A stretch of DNA of 64,000 nt from Saccostrea cucullata (Eukaryota). The DNA is taken from NCBI RefSeq assembly GCF_032062105.1, contig NW_026928000.1:1-64000 (forward strand), given 5' to 3'. Shown in pieces: positions 1-13,731 of this stretch; the stretch's first letter is position 1; every line of letters begins with the position of its first letter. The translations under genes and the position numbers were made by a program. The notes below the pieces were generated by a model. The model searched no databases. It was not told where the DNA came from and saw nothing but the letters and a program-made list of their open reading frames with translations.

Positions 1-184
1 ACGTCACCCAGTAAATGAACAGTGGAGGTGCGCAGATACGGGTGTACTTTAAACAGTATGAAATGTATCTATACACAGTGTTTAATATGGTTGAAATTAT
101 TTTATGGGAAAATTGTATTTCATAAAAAGAGTCAGGACTTAACATTATTTCAGGGGATAGAAGGCTGAAGATAATCGAACAAAG
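1..184 (+). promoter_or_regulatory. Candidate alternative non-coding first exon/promoter of SEFIR gene 1
   Basis: Strong donor AAAG/GTAAGT at 184/185. The CRE-like ACGTCACCC at 1-9 is the reverse complement of GGGTGACGT upstream of gene 3. No open frame runs into the donor. Confidence 0.3.
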
Positions 185-2319
185 GTAAGTGCAAAACTTT
201 GAAAAAGTTTTGTTTTGTAGGCCATGTCAGGAGGTACCTAGCTTTAAAACACAGGTATGCATGAAGACCTTTAAATCTACGCACATAGCTATTTCACAAT
301 TCTGGATTTTACATCGTAAGAAGATGTATTGTCTATTTTTTATAGAAGAAGCATGCATTTTTTAAATTAATTTTATGTTTTTACTTGTTACTTTGTCTTC
401 GGTGAGAAAGCGTGCTTTTTTTATTTTTACAAGTTTATTTTCTGATAAAAATAATATTAGAATATCTAGGTCACCAATATGTCCTTGTTTTATTGAAACT
501 GGTGTTCTACTTCATAGATAAAACTTATTTTGAATTTCTCACTTTTCCATGTTAAGAAGTGTTTCTGTGGAACTCGGAAGAAAATTCTTCCTGTTTTTCA
601 GATAATACTCGTAAAAAGGGTTATTTGGAAGAAAACTGTCAGACTGTTTACAATATACGTCTTGATAAATGTAAATTAATGCAAATTAAGCAATTTTAGC
701 ATATACATTAAAGATTTTTTGCAATGCAAGCAAAACCCCATTAAAAGGCTTACATTAAATTTGTTCGCAGTTACCTAAAATGATCGATATAAATTTCATT
801 TTAATGTGTTTAGATTATTGAAAGAATATTAACTTAAAATGTCAGGAAGGCAATTATAAATAATGGAGTAATTACTTTTTAACACAATTAGAGAAAATAT
901 ACTGTGCTAAATATCTTATCGTTATATCACATTTTTAGATCGAATAAAAATTACTTTGAAACTTATCCTTTGTAAAGCTGTGTTATAATCAAATAATAGC
1001 CTCCTCTTTATCAATCATTTCAAGCCAAGGTTGATTATCTTTATCATTTTAAACGTCTTGGCGCCATACAATACAGGATTTGGTTTAGGCATGTTGGATA
1101 AATATTTTTGAGATTTTTCTATCTTTAGTCATGGAAATTTCATAAGTTAAGTCCCATCAGATTCAAAAGTTTATGTTTTGCATCTCAAAGCAGTCAGAGC
1201 ACAGGACGTTTTTTTCTGGAATTATTTCTTCATTGTATTAAATTATTAGGATTGTTGGCATATGTGCTATGAACAAAGCTATCCATTTTCGAATAAAATT
1301 ATATTTCTATGGCACCTTGTATTTGTCATGTATGACATACCCTCAGCAAAATAGCAACGACAAAACTGATCAGCAATGGATAGTTGGATTCTTTCCCAGT
1401 ATTACAAACTGATCTTTATTGTCTTGAAATTTTCGAACACAATCGTTATCAATTACTGGCGGGATAAAAACAAAAAAAAATAATTGGTTCTTACAAATGA
1501 GATGTTTTTAAATACAAAAAAGATCTCAAAGTTTGTGGAAGTCAATTATTACATGTTAAATCTTTTATAAAACAACGCAATACCATGCTCTTTATTTGAA
1601 GATCTAAAATACAGCTTTATAAGAAAACAATGCAATTGCTTTATAGTACATGTATTTGATCAAACTCAAATGTTTAATTAGTAGACCATGAATGACGTTC
1701 GTTACTTGAGAGTAGTTTTGAGGAAAGTTTTAATAATATAAGATTTTATTGCATTGATCTAACTTGGTCGAAAATTGAAAAACACCATCTAAGAACATAT
1801 GAAATGTTTCTGAAAGAGAAGGTAAGACGATACAAGGACATGGTACAGTACATTGAAAGACTCTTGTTTCATTTGGTGAAAGTATTTCCTGTTCATTATA
1901 ATAAGGGGTCGTAAAAGTGGTATTATAATTGATGCATTGTCCTGTTTTCTGATTCTAGATACTATTTGCCGTATAACCCCAATATAAACATCTTTATTCT
2001 ATGCAATTTTATCATACCTCTGTCCAAAGAACAATAAATGGGGAAGGAAGAGACAATTTGTTTTTGATTCACGTATTTTGTACTACTAGTCCCCAGCATT
2101 TGAAGTATTTGGTATTTGAGCAAAAAATATGTGCTTTCAAGCTTATGACTAGACCAATATTAATTATCTGAAAGGGTAAATCAAAGGTCACATTAAAAAC
2201 TTCGTTGCATTTTTTTGTTCTTGCCACAAAAATGACAAGCTCTGAAAGTACATACTTTGCACTTTAAATATTTTGTTTGAGTAACTTCCTGACGGTGACT
2301 GAGGATCATGTCTTCGAGA

Positions 2320-2610
2320 GACAAATTCGGTTAACATTAAAAATGGGATATGCTCGTGGATTACTGATTTTTTTCTATACAATGACATTGTCAGCAAATA
2401 TAATCGATCATCAAGTCAAATATCAACTGACATTTTTCACACTAATTCCGTTGTTTCGCGATCATGACAAGGAGCAAACTGCAGGTGTGATCGGTCTGCA
2501 GGGGATGCTCACTCCTTCATGGCACCTGATCCAACCTCTGATGTTTTGGAGGTCTGTGTTTGCTCTACCCCTGATTGGAATTGTTAAAAATGGATTTTTG
2601 AACTGAAATA
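2320..2610 (+). mobile_element. Penelope-like 3'-end fragment with conserved GC-rich motif
   Basis: GGTGTGATCGGTCTGCAGGGGATGCTCACTCCTTCATGGCACCTGATCCAACCTCTG; the upstream part matches the reverse complement of 35050-35110. Confidence 0.6.
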
Positions 2611-3581
2611 CTATTCTTTATTTACATATACATATATTTAATCTTAAACATTTTTAAAAATCGCTGTTATACACTGTATAAGACTTTAATGTTATATTGT
2701 TATATATTTTCTAATCGATATAATAGACTTGTTGGGGAAAAATACCAATATATTTTTCATTTTTGATAAACTACTCTTGATAGTTTTGTTTTTAACTAGT
2801 AAATTGTGATATTGTTCTGAAATCTGATGGTCATGTTGTCTCCCTGTAAAAAAAAATTCCATTTCTTGGTTAAGAAAATCTATTTACGAGATAAGTGCTT
2901 GAGAAATGTAGGGGGTGGCCTAAATATTGCCCAATTTTTGTCTCATTGTTGTTGGTAAACAGCTCTTTGGCAGGCCTATCCCGAGGACTGTGAAAAACCT
3001 GTAAAGAGATGGCAATAGAATTTATGAGATAAATTCCCTTTTCAAATTCTGACAGTAAACATACCCTTTTGTAAATTGATCTATTTATTCATAAGGACTT
3101 TTAATAATTGCAAAACTCAGAGATTATATGGCTTGGTTACCCTTGAACGCATTTTATCTGCATGCAAAGGCAATGATATCAGTATTTACACATATTTTTT
3201 TTCAAGTGATGTAAGATTATATGTTGTTATAGATAAGGGTCTGGAAAATAAATTGTTTAAAAAGAAAAAAAAAAGTATTTACACATATTTCAGGAAAGTG
3301 CAATATGTAGATCAATTAACCCAAAACTTACCCAGACTTTATTTATTTTTTTGTGATCACGTGCTTAGTTTTATTAAAGGTGCATTCTTCATTTCCACGA
3401 ATTCGAATCTAAAAATAGAAGACATATATTGAGATGACTTCTTTACAATTCAATTACTTTTAATTTTCAAAAATCTATATGCACCTGTTAAAAACTTTGT
3501 TTATGAATTGAAGATTAAGAATTCAGTAGTTTATGGCTAAATCAGAAGGATCTGACTTAGTCCTTTTGACACCATTGTAAC

Positions 3582-3608
3582 GGGGTATTTCCAAAAGGGG
3601 AATTTTTC
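3582..3608 (+). promoter_or_regulatory. Pair of NF-kB-like sites upstream of SEFIR gene 1
   Basis: GGGGTATTTCC (3582-3592) and GGGGAATTTTTC (3597-3608) lie adjacent in AT-rich DNA. Confidence 0.35.
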
Positions 3609-5324
3609 GACAGAATACCCGGGGATATAAAGTGTAAGGCGCTTTTGCATGGTTGAGCAGCCAAACAGTTTGAAATGAATATGTATCGGCTCTTTATTAT
3701 TTCATTCATAAAAATGGGGGCTTTATTTATGAGTTTCTCCTGTATGTAATTACAAAAAATGTGCTGCTCGAAATAAATATGTTTTTTTTTAATTTAACAT
3801 AATAGAAATTTGTTTGAAATTTAGATATTGGATAAGGAAATTAGACTGACCCAATAAAATAATTCCTTTGTGATTGAAATCGTTTCCTAAAGTGTAAGCA
3901 GCATGAAGAAACATCTCATATCAATTTTAGCCAAATTGTGTTTTGAATTTTTTGAGTGCTTGACACAAAGAAGTAATTCACTAATTGCAGAGTTCCTGGT
4001 CGGCGTTAACGTCAGTCGTATATCCCAGCGGTGAACATAAATAGATGGATAATACAACCGTAACTTCCAAGTAATGAATAGTGGTCTAGGACATTGTATA
4101 ATAATTCCCTAACTTTCATCTAATTATAGTTACTGTAGTTTGGAAGACAAACTGTTTGTAATGGAAAAAAAAGAAAAGAAAGCCCAAACACTCATTTTTT
4201 ATTTTTAGTAGGGAAATAATTTAATACCATGCATGACATGTATTTTTGTAATTTACAATACATAGAAAAACATGTCATACAAAATATACATATTCAAATA
4301 CTGGGACCATCGGAACTATACGTCAATTAAAAAAAAAAATGAAGCATAAATATACACACATATTATACGTAGAACGTTTTCTGTACATCAAAAACATCCT
4401 GTAATTTAAAGTAGATTAAATGCCTATTGTATAATGTATGACAGGTCTTTTCAACATTGCATGTTGTCTTTTGAAAACAAATAAGTATCGATGAGAGCTA
4501 CAATATTAATGTGAATGTTTTGGAATTCATTTGATTTGAACCATAAGAGTGACAGCTGCTTGATAACACCATTACATTTTGAACTTTAAACATCATACGT
4601 ACAAGGCATGCCTGATTTCTGAATTTTTAAAGCGACACAGTTGTAAAAAGAGATTAAATAAACAACAATTTATCAACAATACTTTGTCGCGTCCTACTTT
4701 TCAAACCACGTGAAATTACAATGCTTATCTCAAAATTGGTTCAAATAAAATGCCTTGAATCGTCACCAAATCTTACCATCAGTTTTTATACAATTGTAAC
4801 CTTAGTTTTATAAACATAAACATATGGATATTAAACTAAAATATTCAGTAATGTAAAACCGAATTTGTATATGATATTCTCCTTTCTAGACTGACTCGCG
4901 TGATTTTATCAAAAAGCGGTCACATATGTGAACAGGTAGAGAGAGATAGTGAACAACAATACCCTAGCCCAGCTCTTTATCACACAATACAGGATCGTTA
5001 TGGAGTTTGGATTATTTGTTGTGTTAGTATCCTGGTTTGTTGACAATCACAGTAAAAGCCAAAACAGATTCTAGGATATTTTGCGGAAGCCATTTAATTA
5101 ATGGTCATCATACCATTTCTGGGATATTGCTGGATATTCCCTTCTGGTCTCTACATATGCAGTTGGAAACTATTGTACTGTTGTGAAAATAAAGATGTTT
5201 ATGTCACGATTTCGAAGGATTTTATGTTATAAAAAAGAAAATAGTTTAAAGGACAAGCAGTATTTTATTGCTACCTGTTGTTTATAAAACTTTTATCATA
5301 CTTCTTAGTGTGTTTTATTACTGT

Positions 5325-8300
5325 ATGGATTATAGTATGAGAACTGATTTTCTAAATAGTGATCCCGAAGAAGAGGTCATTTCCTATACAGGTACTTAAA
5401 ACTGTATCATAAGTATCGATATGTCTTTGCAAACAAATCATTATTCCACTAAAATGACAACACAGTACTAATTTTGTCAATAAAATCTGGTGTGGTGATC
5501 CTCTTCTCAGATAATTATCTTTATCGATGGTTTGTTAAAAGTTACTTTTTGCCAAAATTGGCTCTCACATATTGTATATTTTCGGAGAATATATATCCAC
5601 ATTTTCCATCGAACGTACCCATGTTATCCCAGTCCAACTATCCGTAGCATTTTTTCTTCCTTTCATTCCTCTAATATTTTAAGCAGTATCTTATATGTCT
5701 TTCTGATTTTGATTGTTGTTGTGTGTCTTGTATATGCATTCAGCTCGTAGATTTTTCATCTTTATCTTGAGGCCGAATGAATACTTACAAAAAAACTTAT
5801 TTCTTTAACTCCTCTTGTTTTGTACAAGTGGCCAAATCATCCTTCGGAAAAAGAAAACTGTGGTATTTAGGATGTTCAATAAGAATTCAGAAAAGAAATC
5901 TTTAGGACATTTTATTGGTGTTGTTCCGTGGATGTGTAATAAGATTTTAGAATTTTTGATTTTTTTAGGGAGACATATGAGGGACCCAAATATTAAGCTT
6001 GCTCTTCTTTCATTGAACACTGTTGTCAATTGATTTATCTATAATTGGAATCTGGTTAATGTTGTCCTGTGGTAGAAAAAGCTTAAGGAAATATATCTCG
6101 GAGAATATAAAAACTTAAAAGTGATTTTATTTTCTTTTTACACAAAATCTTTCTTGAACTCATTTTAAAATAATCCATGCCTTAAAATACTTTTTGAATG
6201 AAGACTGGTTATGCAATCATTAAATAAAATACATAGATGTACACAACTCAGAGGCCTTAATAGTATACTTACTCAACATGGAATTCTAAGCTCAATTTGA
6301 AATGTGAATATTATTATAAATTGTAGAATAACTATTACGCTTATTAACCTACTAGAGGTTTCGAGGGGAATGCTTTGTAAAGCAAACATAAGAGTGATAG
6401 GATTAGTACATGTATGTATCATTTAATACAATGTTTTTAGCATTTCAAAAAGTTCAAAGAAGACTGTTTTTTTTCATAGATATGGCCCGGAAACTTGACG
6501 ATTTGCCTCCTTATCCTTTACATTACATACCGTATAACGCCTTGAATGAGCTGGCCGAGGTCTTTGATTCCCCGGCCGTAGATGGTCAGAGGACTCTGGA
6601 AGGACTGGCCGAGGCCATCTTCACACAGAGTGACTACACAATCAAAGTGGATCACAACAAAGTATCGGTAAGTTTGAAGGACTTTGATATCCTGACAATA
6701 TTTCTTCCACATCTTCCTTTCCCCTTTTAACTTTTGTAGTACATTATTTCAGATATTGCGATCTCGCTGTACTTCTGGAGAGAGTCCAACAGTAAAGTTT
6801 ATCCGTGATCTTGCTAAATTCAAAAATGCAGATCTTCGAATTTTACAAAGGGCAATCTGCTCCCTTGAAACCCACGCAGACGACATATTGGTGAAGTACT
6901 TGGGAGGTCAGTAAATAAGGTTTTACATGTACATTACATAATTGACATATATACCATGAAAGTGATAATATGACCTGCAGTTGGTTAAATTTTTTAACAT
7001 TTGTCTTTCATATAGAAATTGAACGGCGATATAAAATGGAAAAGATGCAACGAGCTCCGATTCCCCTGGATAATTCGTCACAACATGATTGCAATTGTTA
7101 TGAGTGCTCTGACAATGGAACATTCGGAGCCAGTTACTTACCTTCAACTGACTGTAACTTTGAAAATCCGAGACAAAAGCCAAATTGTAGAATTCCAGAT
7201 TGTGCTCACAGTGAACCAAAACAATATAATTATCGTCGCAAACAGCCTAATTATGCAAATAGATTGCGTATTCCATCTCATCATAATAATTTTGAAAGTT
7301 ACATAGGATACCAAGCTAATTCTAGCGTGAGTGAAATTCAAAATGATGAGGTGAAGACTCCTGTAATGGAGAATGAAAGAGAACCCTTTTCAATGAATCT
7401 GTTTGGCAATGGCCCGGAACTTTTGCCTCCCGCACACTTTAACCCTATTCCTCCAAGTGATTATGAAGGGGATGAAAGTGAAAATGATGATAGTACATTT
7501 TTCTCTGAAAAGAAAACTCAAAATGAAAATATTCTGAGGCAAAAAACAATTGTGCCGACAAGACGTGTCCAATCAATGCCCGAGGGTTCAGAACAGGAGA
7601 ATACAGATCCCGAACGGAGACATTCACATCCTGTTTTCAGGAAAAAAGGTCGAGGAAAGAAAGATTGTGAAAGTGATGGAGACATTCCTAATATTCCTGA
7701 TGCCTGTACATGTTATAGAAGTCCTGTCATCAACATAGGTAAGTCCTTAGTCTCTCTCTCCTTCTTTTTCTTCTTCTTCTCCACAAACTGTGTGTCTCTC
7801 TTTCTTCTTCTTATATACAACAATGGGTGGTTGCTCCACGACTACAGGAATTTGTTTTTAAACTAAGAATGTTTTCATATTTGTTCCTAGGGGCCAGGAC
7901 TGTCTTTGTATCTTTGGCAGATGATTCTAAACATCACATCAAGGAAGTGCTTACTATGTGTACCAAACTTCAGGAAGCAGGTTTTGAGGTGAAATGCGAT
8001 ATGATGGAATCTTTATTTACAGAACAAAATATCAATGTTAATGAATGGCTAGACCAATGTTTCACAAGAGCGCTCTTTGTGATTTTTTGCATATCTCCCA
8101 AATATTTCAAACATATTCGTATCGACGATTTGGCAGAGGCCCATGCGAGTGACAATAAGTTTCACACAAGATACATCTTTGACAGAGCTCGAAGTGAATT
8201 TATTCAAAATAACAGTATGAACAAACGTTTTCTACCAGTACTTTTCCGCAACTCTGGTGCAAAACTTGAGCATATTCCGGAATTTTTAAGGTCAACCATA

Positions 8301-8357
8301 AGGTACGTGTTTCCAGACACTTTTCGACATTTAACAGGATTCTTACAAAAGCAGTGA
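5325..8357 (+). CDS. TRAF3IP2: Act1/CIKS-like adaptor: N-terminal death domain, disordered linker, C-terminal SEFIR domain (~532 aa, 5 coding exons) - SEFIR gene 1
   Basis: Hand-spliced exons 5325-5391, 6480-6667, 6753-6906, 7016-7738 and 7891-8357 are all GT..AG, phase-consistent and total 1599 nt. The last exon (TVFVSLADD..GFEVKCD..WLD..FCISPKY..HTRYIFDRARSEFIQNNSMNKRFLPVLF..EHIPEFL..YVFP) matches the Act1 SEFIR pattern recalled from memory (ISPKY..HTKYIH..EFI..SMNFRFIPVLF..EHVP). Exons 2-3 (LNELAEVFD..LEGLAE..GESPTVKFIRDL..LRILQRAI..ADDIL) look like a Pelle/IRAK/MyD88-type death domain. Exon 1 is the least certain; ATG 6482 is an alternative start. Confidence 0.85.
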
Positions 8358-11300
8358 CTACGATTCATTTGTTGGAACGTTTAACATAAATCGTGAATAA
8401 GTTGAACTATAATGAGGAAATATATTTATGATAACTATGTAACGGTTACTGCTTGTATATTATCCTCGTCACTCAACATGTTGTACATGTAGATATGTAA
8501 ATACACATATTGTACAATGTATAAATATCCATTCACGTTATATCACCAGTATTGTTGATTACTAAGAAAATATGTGAGTTATTCATGAAATATTTTATGT
8601 GTTAAGTTTTAATGTAATTATATGGATCTTTGAAGATATAATTGATTAAAATTCAAGAAAAATATTTTTCATTGTGAATTTTTAAATATTCTAATATTTT
8701 AGTCATTCGAGCAAATTGCATAAGGAAAGGTTGTCAAATGTTTCAGGTTTTTTTTTTTCAGTTGAATTGATTGCCGAATGTTAAATCTCGTCAAGTATAA
8801 GAAAGACATGTTTATACTATCATATCGCGGTCCTCTCATTGTAAAACCTTTGAGTCATTTGTGTTAGCTTTGTTTTTCTTTACCAGTGGCAAAAGTACCA
8901 TATCGAATTGAACTTAAGAAGAAAACTGACACGTTTCAAGTCTTTATAATGGTTTATTGGTGGTTATGGCCACGGCTTCACTCACAACGGCAAAGTACAA
9001 AAACTGTCAACAGTTTCAATGTGAACCCTGGGATTAAATGAACACCCGGAATTAATGATCATGTTCTTTATATACTTTTTGAATAAAATAAATTGAGAAG
9101 TACAAGTGAGTACTAATGGTTAGCCGATTATCCGCTCACTCTAGGGATCAGCAGTTGTGACGGAAAGGATTGGCTCTCATGGTAGGATTTCAATCTGAAA
9201 AATATTCAAAATCGAAGCCAAAGACGCTTGGAAAAGAAATTTCTTCAACTCTTACAATATATAATAAAAGTAGTTTGAAAAACCCAAGTTCTATAAAATT
9301 TGTACGAAAAAATATAATAAATAAAAGTATGAGGCTAAAAATTTCTTTCTTTCAACGCGTCTAAATATCAAAATCTGATGAGACCATTAAATTCAAAAGA
9401 GATTTTAATCAGATCTGAAAACCTTAAATATTTTTAAAGATAATAGAATTTACCAGCCCTTGAAGCAGATATTCTTATTACGATCATGAATCAAAAGTAA
9501 ACAGATGAAAAGAAAATAAATCCTGAGCAATATTTTATAAAACTTTCGAATTCAATGACGTTTGCCTTTTTTGATATTCAGGCTGTATGGTCTGTGTTTT
9601 ATTTATATGAACACGTTATATAAGTCTTTAAAAGTTGAAATATAATATCTTATACAATTGTATAGTGTAAGGAATTCACATGTATGGCATCTTTTATCAT
9701 TTTCTATCACTATTTTGTTGAAGAAAGACCTAATATCTTGTAGACAATCATATCTGATCTTGGCAATACTAAAAGCTGTCTTTTCAGCGGGAGAAATTTC
9801 ATCTTTGAGAGCACTTATCCTATTTCTGATCTTTCGACATGCGTCTTGATTTTTTTTAATAATTGAATAGTGATATACAAAGCAGATAGCAAATGTTCAT
9901 CCACGTGAACAGGATATTCTTGATTGTTGTACCTCTGACTGGCGAACTTATATAATTTTAAGTTCAAACAGATTGTATTTTAGCAATTATTTTGCGATTG
10001 CTTATACCTCTGTAAATCGAAATCAATTTAAAAAATTTAATATTTTATTATTTAAAGAAAATATACAGGTACAAAAGTCAATGTATGGTAATGCAGAGAA
10101 AATTCGGACTAAATTTTTAATTTTTCATTTTTGTCAAAAATGTTGATTTCTTTCAATAATAATCACGAAGTAAAGGTTAAATGTATTTTTAAACATCATT
10201 TTGCAAATATTATAATATATTGAATGTTACGAAATAAAGAAATTCAAAAATATGTACAAAAACCATTCAAGACAATATATCTCAATAATTTGATCATTGA
10301 CCCCATATGATATTAATACCATGAGAATTAGGGCATCAAAAGTAATCTGAGGCTATAGATAGTTTAGAGTTCTTATCAATTATTTAAAATGGTGAAAAAA
10401 TATAAATAGGACAGAGGAAATACGGACTGTGATAATTATCAAGTTTATGGCCAAAACTCCAATCATTTCTTTATATGAAGCAATGCTGTTCCATTGCTAT
10501 AATATATCATTATTTAAAGAGTTTAGTTGCTTGTAATATTTTGTGTGTATAGAAAAAATTGGTCATAAAGTGAAAAATTGAGGTATTTCCCGAGAAATAC
10601 TCAGGGGCCACTAGCATGAAAAGTAGGTCAGTGACCTAGTTATTTGAAATTGAAATTTAACACAAGAATCATTGGTGTACAATGTGCAATAGGTGGTTTT
10701 TCCTTCTTATCAGTGGAATTTTTGGTCATCTGAGTAAAGGTATACCTTAAGAGAGTTAGCTTTACCTGGACTACCGGTCGAAAAAACATCATTGCTCATT
10801 AATGAAGGAAATAAAAGACCTTTTATGGGGTTGTCATTCTATTGAATATGAATATCTACTTCTAAAATTTGTATATCTTACTTCGAGTTTAATATTAGAT
10901 TCATTCCCTTTATCTTACCGGTAGTTATTTAATTAACTCACCACTTCATTCCACATTCTCTACGATCAGTGACTAAAACTTCAAATTCAGTATTTATTAT
11001 TTGATTGACTGTCCTTAGTAAAAAAAAAAAACTATGTATATCTGTTTGGGATTGATTCTACAGTTATCTTATACATGTTATATATATTACATACACATAA
11101 ACAATCTGCTTAGAAGCTGTTCAGTGGTCTACGTGCAGAACAAGCTGGTTTCAATGGCCTGCCAAGAAAATTTCTGGGACACTCTCACGGATTGTGCCAC
11201 TACAGGGAGTCTGACACTTTGTTTATATACCGTGATTTAAAAAGAAATTGCAGATAGTTTAAAAGCTAGGTATTGGGAAACCTCTTAAAAGAAGTCTATA

Positions 11301-13384
11301 CTCCAGAGAGATTTACCATTCGAAAAGGTACCATCAATTCTCAATGGCAGTGGTAAATGTTAAATAAAAAAGACCTTTTTCATATCTTGTGATTCAATTT
11401 GATATTTTACAAAAAAAATATGTCCCTTTTGAAATCTATTGAATTATCAATTCATTTCAGATTTGATAAATGTGTATATTCACACTTAAAAAAGGACACT
11501 CTTTTAATTATTAATCTATAAATATGTATAGAATATATAATTTCATTCCGATTTTGAATTTTAAATTCTCATAAACGTTCACCTTTACAAACATTAATGC
11601 TTAAGCGCTATTTTATTTTCAACCCCATGGGTTGAGAGGACTAAATAAAAAAAATTACCTTTTGCAGGATCAATAATGTATCTGTAGGACAAAGAGCATT
11701 TAGACTAACTTCAAGTGCTTTTTCGTCTTAGAGATAACACAATTCTTGTAAACCTTGCATGCTTTGTTTGTATTGTATAAAGACATAATTTGAATGTTTA
11801 TTTATCTGTAATACCACAAATACGAGTTGTCTAGTTTTTAGGACATTAAATCTGATAAGCCTTTTATACTTCCACTGAGTAGAAGCTTAATATATCTGGA
11901 AACAATGTCTTTAGAATCTCATCTCTTGTCAAATGTTTTTTGAAGAAAATTTCTTGAAACTTTTACAACAACTAGGTCAACGAAAAATAATTTGCGTCAA
12001 TTAAATTTAAAAAAACTAAACTAAAACTAAAAGAATTTTCTGCAGATAACGAAAGGAAGAAATCAAACTATCGTTTTATACTGCATATACATATAGGTGA
12101 ATAGATTGCAGGCAGAAAAACTTTTTAAAAAATGAATGAAATGATCATGCTCATATTGTACATGCAATGTGATTACAGATGCTTATCTTATTAAAAGCAA
12201 CAAATTATTTATTTACAAGAGTACTTTTAAGTGCTGTCCTTTTCTTGTCTCATGTTCTATTCAATATTAAAAATCTCTACATTATATACCCTCAGCAGAG
12301 CAATCGTTGGATAACCGGTACCTACCCCAGCCCAAACAAATCTAATTGAAGGTCTACGATAAATTCAAATTGAAACTTGAGGGTCTAAATGACGTGACCT
12401 CAAACAAAAATCCCAGACCCTGATTTACAACAGGTGTTGTCAAGATCCGACACTGCCCTGGAACAGTTAATGGCAAATACAGTAAACTTCTAAATTTAAA
12501 CCCCTTCTCTGGCAATGGACGACCTAAAATATGACTGAAATAATATTTAAAGGGATTAAAAACAGCAATAATGCATTATTTAATCTAATTATAACGCCAT
12601 AACACCAATATGATAAGCTCTACAAGTTTACTTAAACATGTTTTAAAAGACTTTAACGTAATAAGTCACTCACAGCATTATGCAGCTGTACGAACGTTTG
12701 CTCTTGAGTCATGGGGTAAGAAAAATTTCCTTACGTTGCTCGTACCACTATATATGTTACATGATAACCGTGGTCCTTCAGAAGAGACAGTATAGTGTGA
12801 GATCTCGTGATTCGGTAAGAGTGGAGCAATAAAAAAACTACCTGACTACTCAAAGACCATAAATACCACGATCATACAGATCTAAATGCAGCTCTCTATC
12901 AGTAAGTGTAAGTATCTTAATATAATCAAAAATCGCGAAAAAAGTTCAACAAGCAATCAAATGAAAAAGAAACAACCATTTTCACCTACCATTATCTTTA
13001 CATTAAGAGAGAGAACGTTTATTCATACATTGTACAATTCATCTATCTTGTTGGTTTGGCACTGGGATTATCGTTAAAAAAGTCTATATCATATTATAAG
13101 CAAAAGTGTTCTTCGTAACAACTGAATGCATACTTGAAAATAAAAACTTTTCTATAGTCAACTATCTCCTTAATTACATATATGTAGCGTTATACCCTTA
13201 TCATTTGTATATGGGGTTTATGTCCTCTAAATGATGGAGTACTCGAGAGCATGCATAATGAACGAACAATGAATGTACAATTTCTAAAATAAAGAAATCG
13301 TATGGCAAATATGTTGATGAAATAAGCTTTTCGCAAGTGTTATGGTCCAGACGATGACATCAACTAGTCAGCAAATAAAATTAA

Positions 13385-13731
13385 AGCAATATGAGCTACA
13401 TTTTTGAAAATCTAACTTTGCTGCTAAAATGTGTTATTGTGATAAATTTGTATGTAATTTAAATCTTTTTGATCAATTAGACTAAAATAAAGCATTAAAT
13501 TGTTTAAGAGGAATGACTTCTATACAATCGAATATATAGTATTGAATAAGAAATAATTATTGTACAGGACGACAATAATGTGATTTTAATTCAATCAAAG
13601 ATTATAAATAGTTCTTACATCGCAAATGTGATCAACGAAAGTTTATAAACCTTCTTTTTTATGTCATTGAAATAGTTATTTACAATTTTGCAGCAAAAAA
13701 TTCCGACATCAAAGACGCAGCTCATATTGCT
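13385..13731. mobile_element. Non-autonomous DNA transposon (MITE) with TTAA target duplication (Kolobok/piggyBac type)
   Basis: TTAA-AGCAATATGAGCT ... AGCTCATATTGCT-TTAA terminal inverted repeats. It is absent from duplicate copy B. Confidence 0.75.

Noticed and set aside
7016-7738. Canonical TRAF6 motif or U-box in the gene 1 linker
   Set aside because: No exact PxExx(acidic/aromatic) match or U-box pattern could be seen by eye.
7827-8357. Bacterial-type stand-alone TIR/SEFIR defence ORFs (also 23481, 33421, 37804, 45143)
   Set aside because: The ORF-track starts are intronic or non-ATG; each is a terminal exon with a proper splice acceptor in a eukaryotic gene.
11120-11330. Additional first exon or a sixth SEFIR paralogue
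   Set aside because: Only a weak donor-like site, no shared promoter motif, and no SEFIR exon remnant seen between genes 1 and 2.
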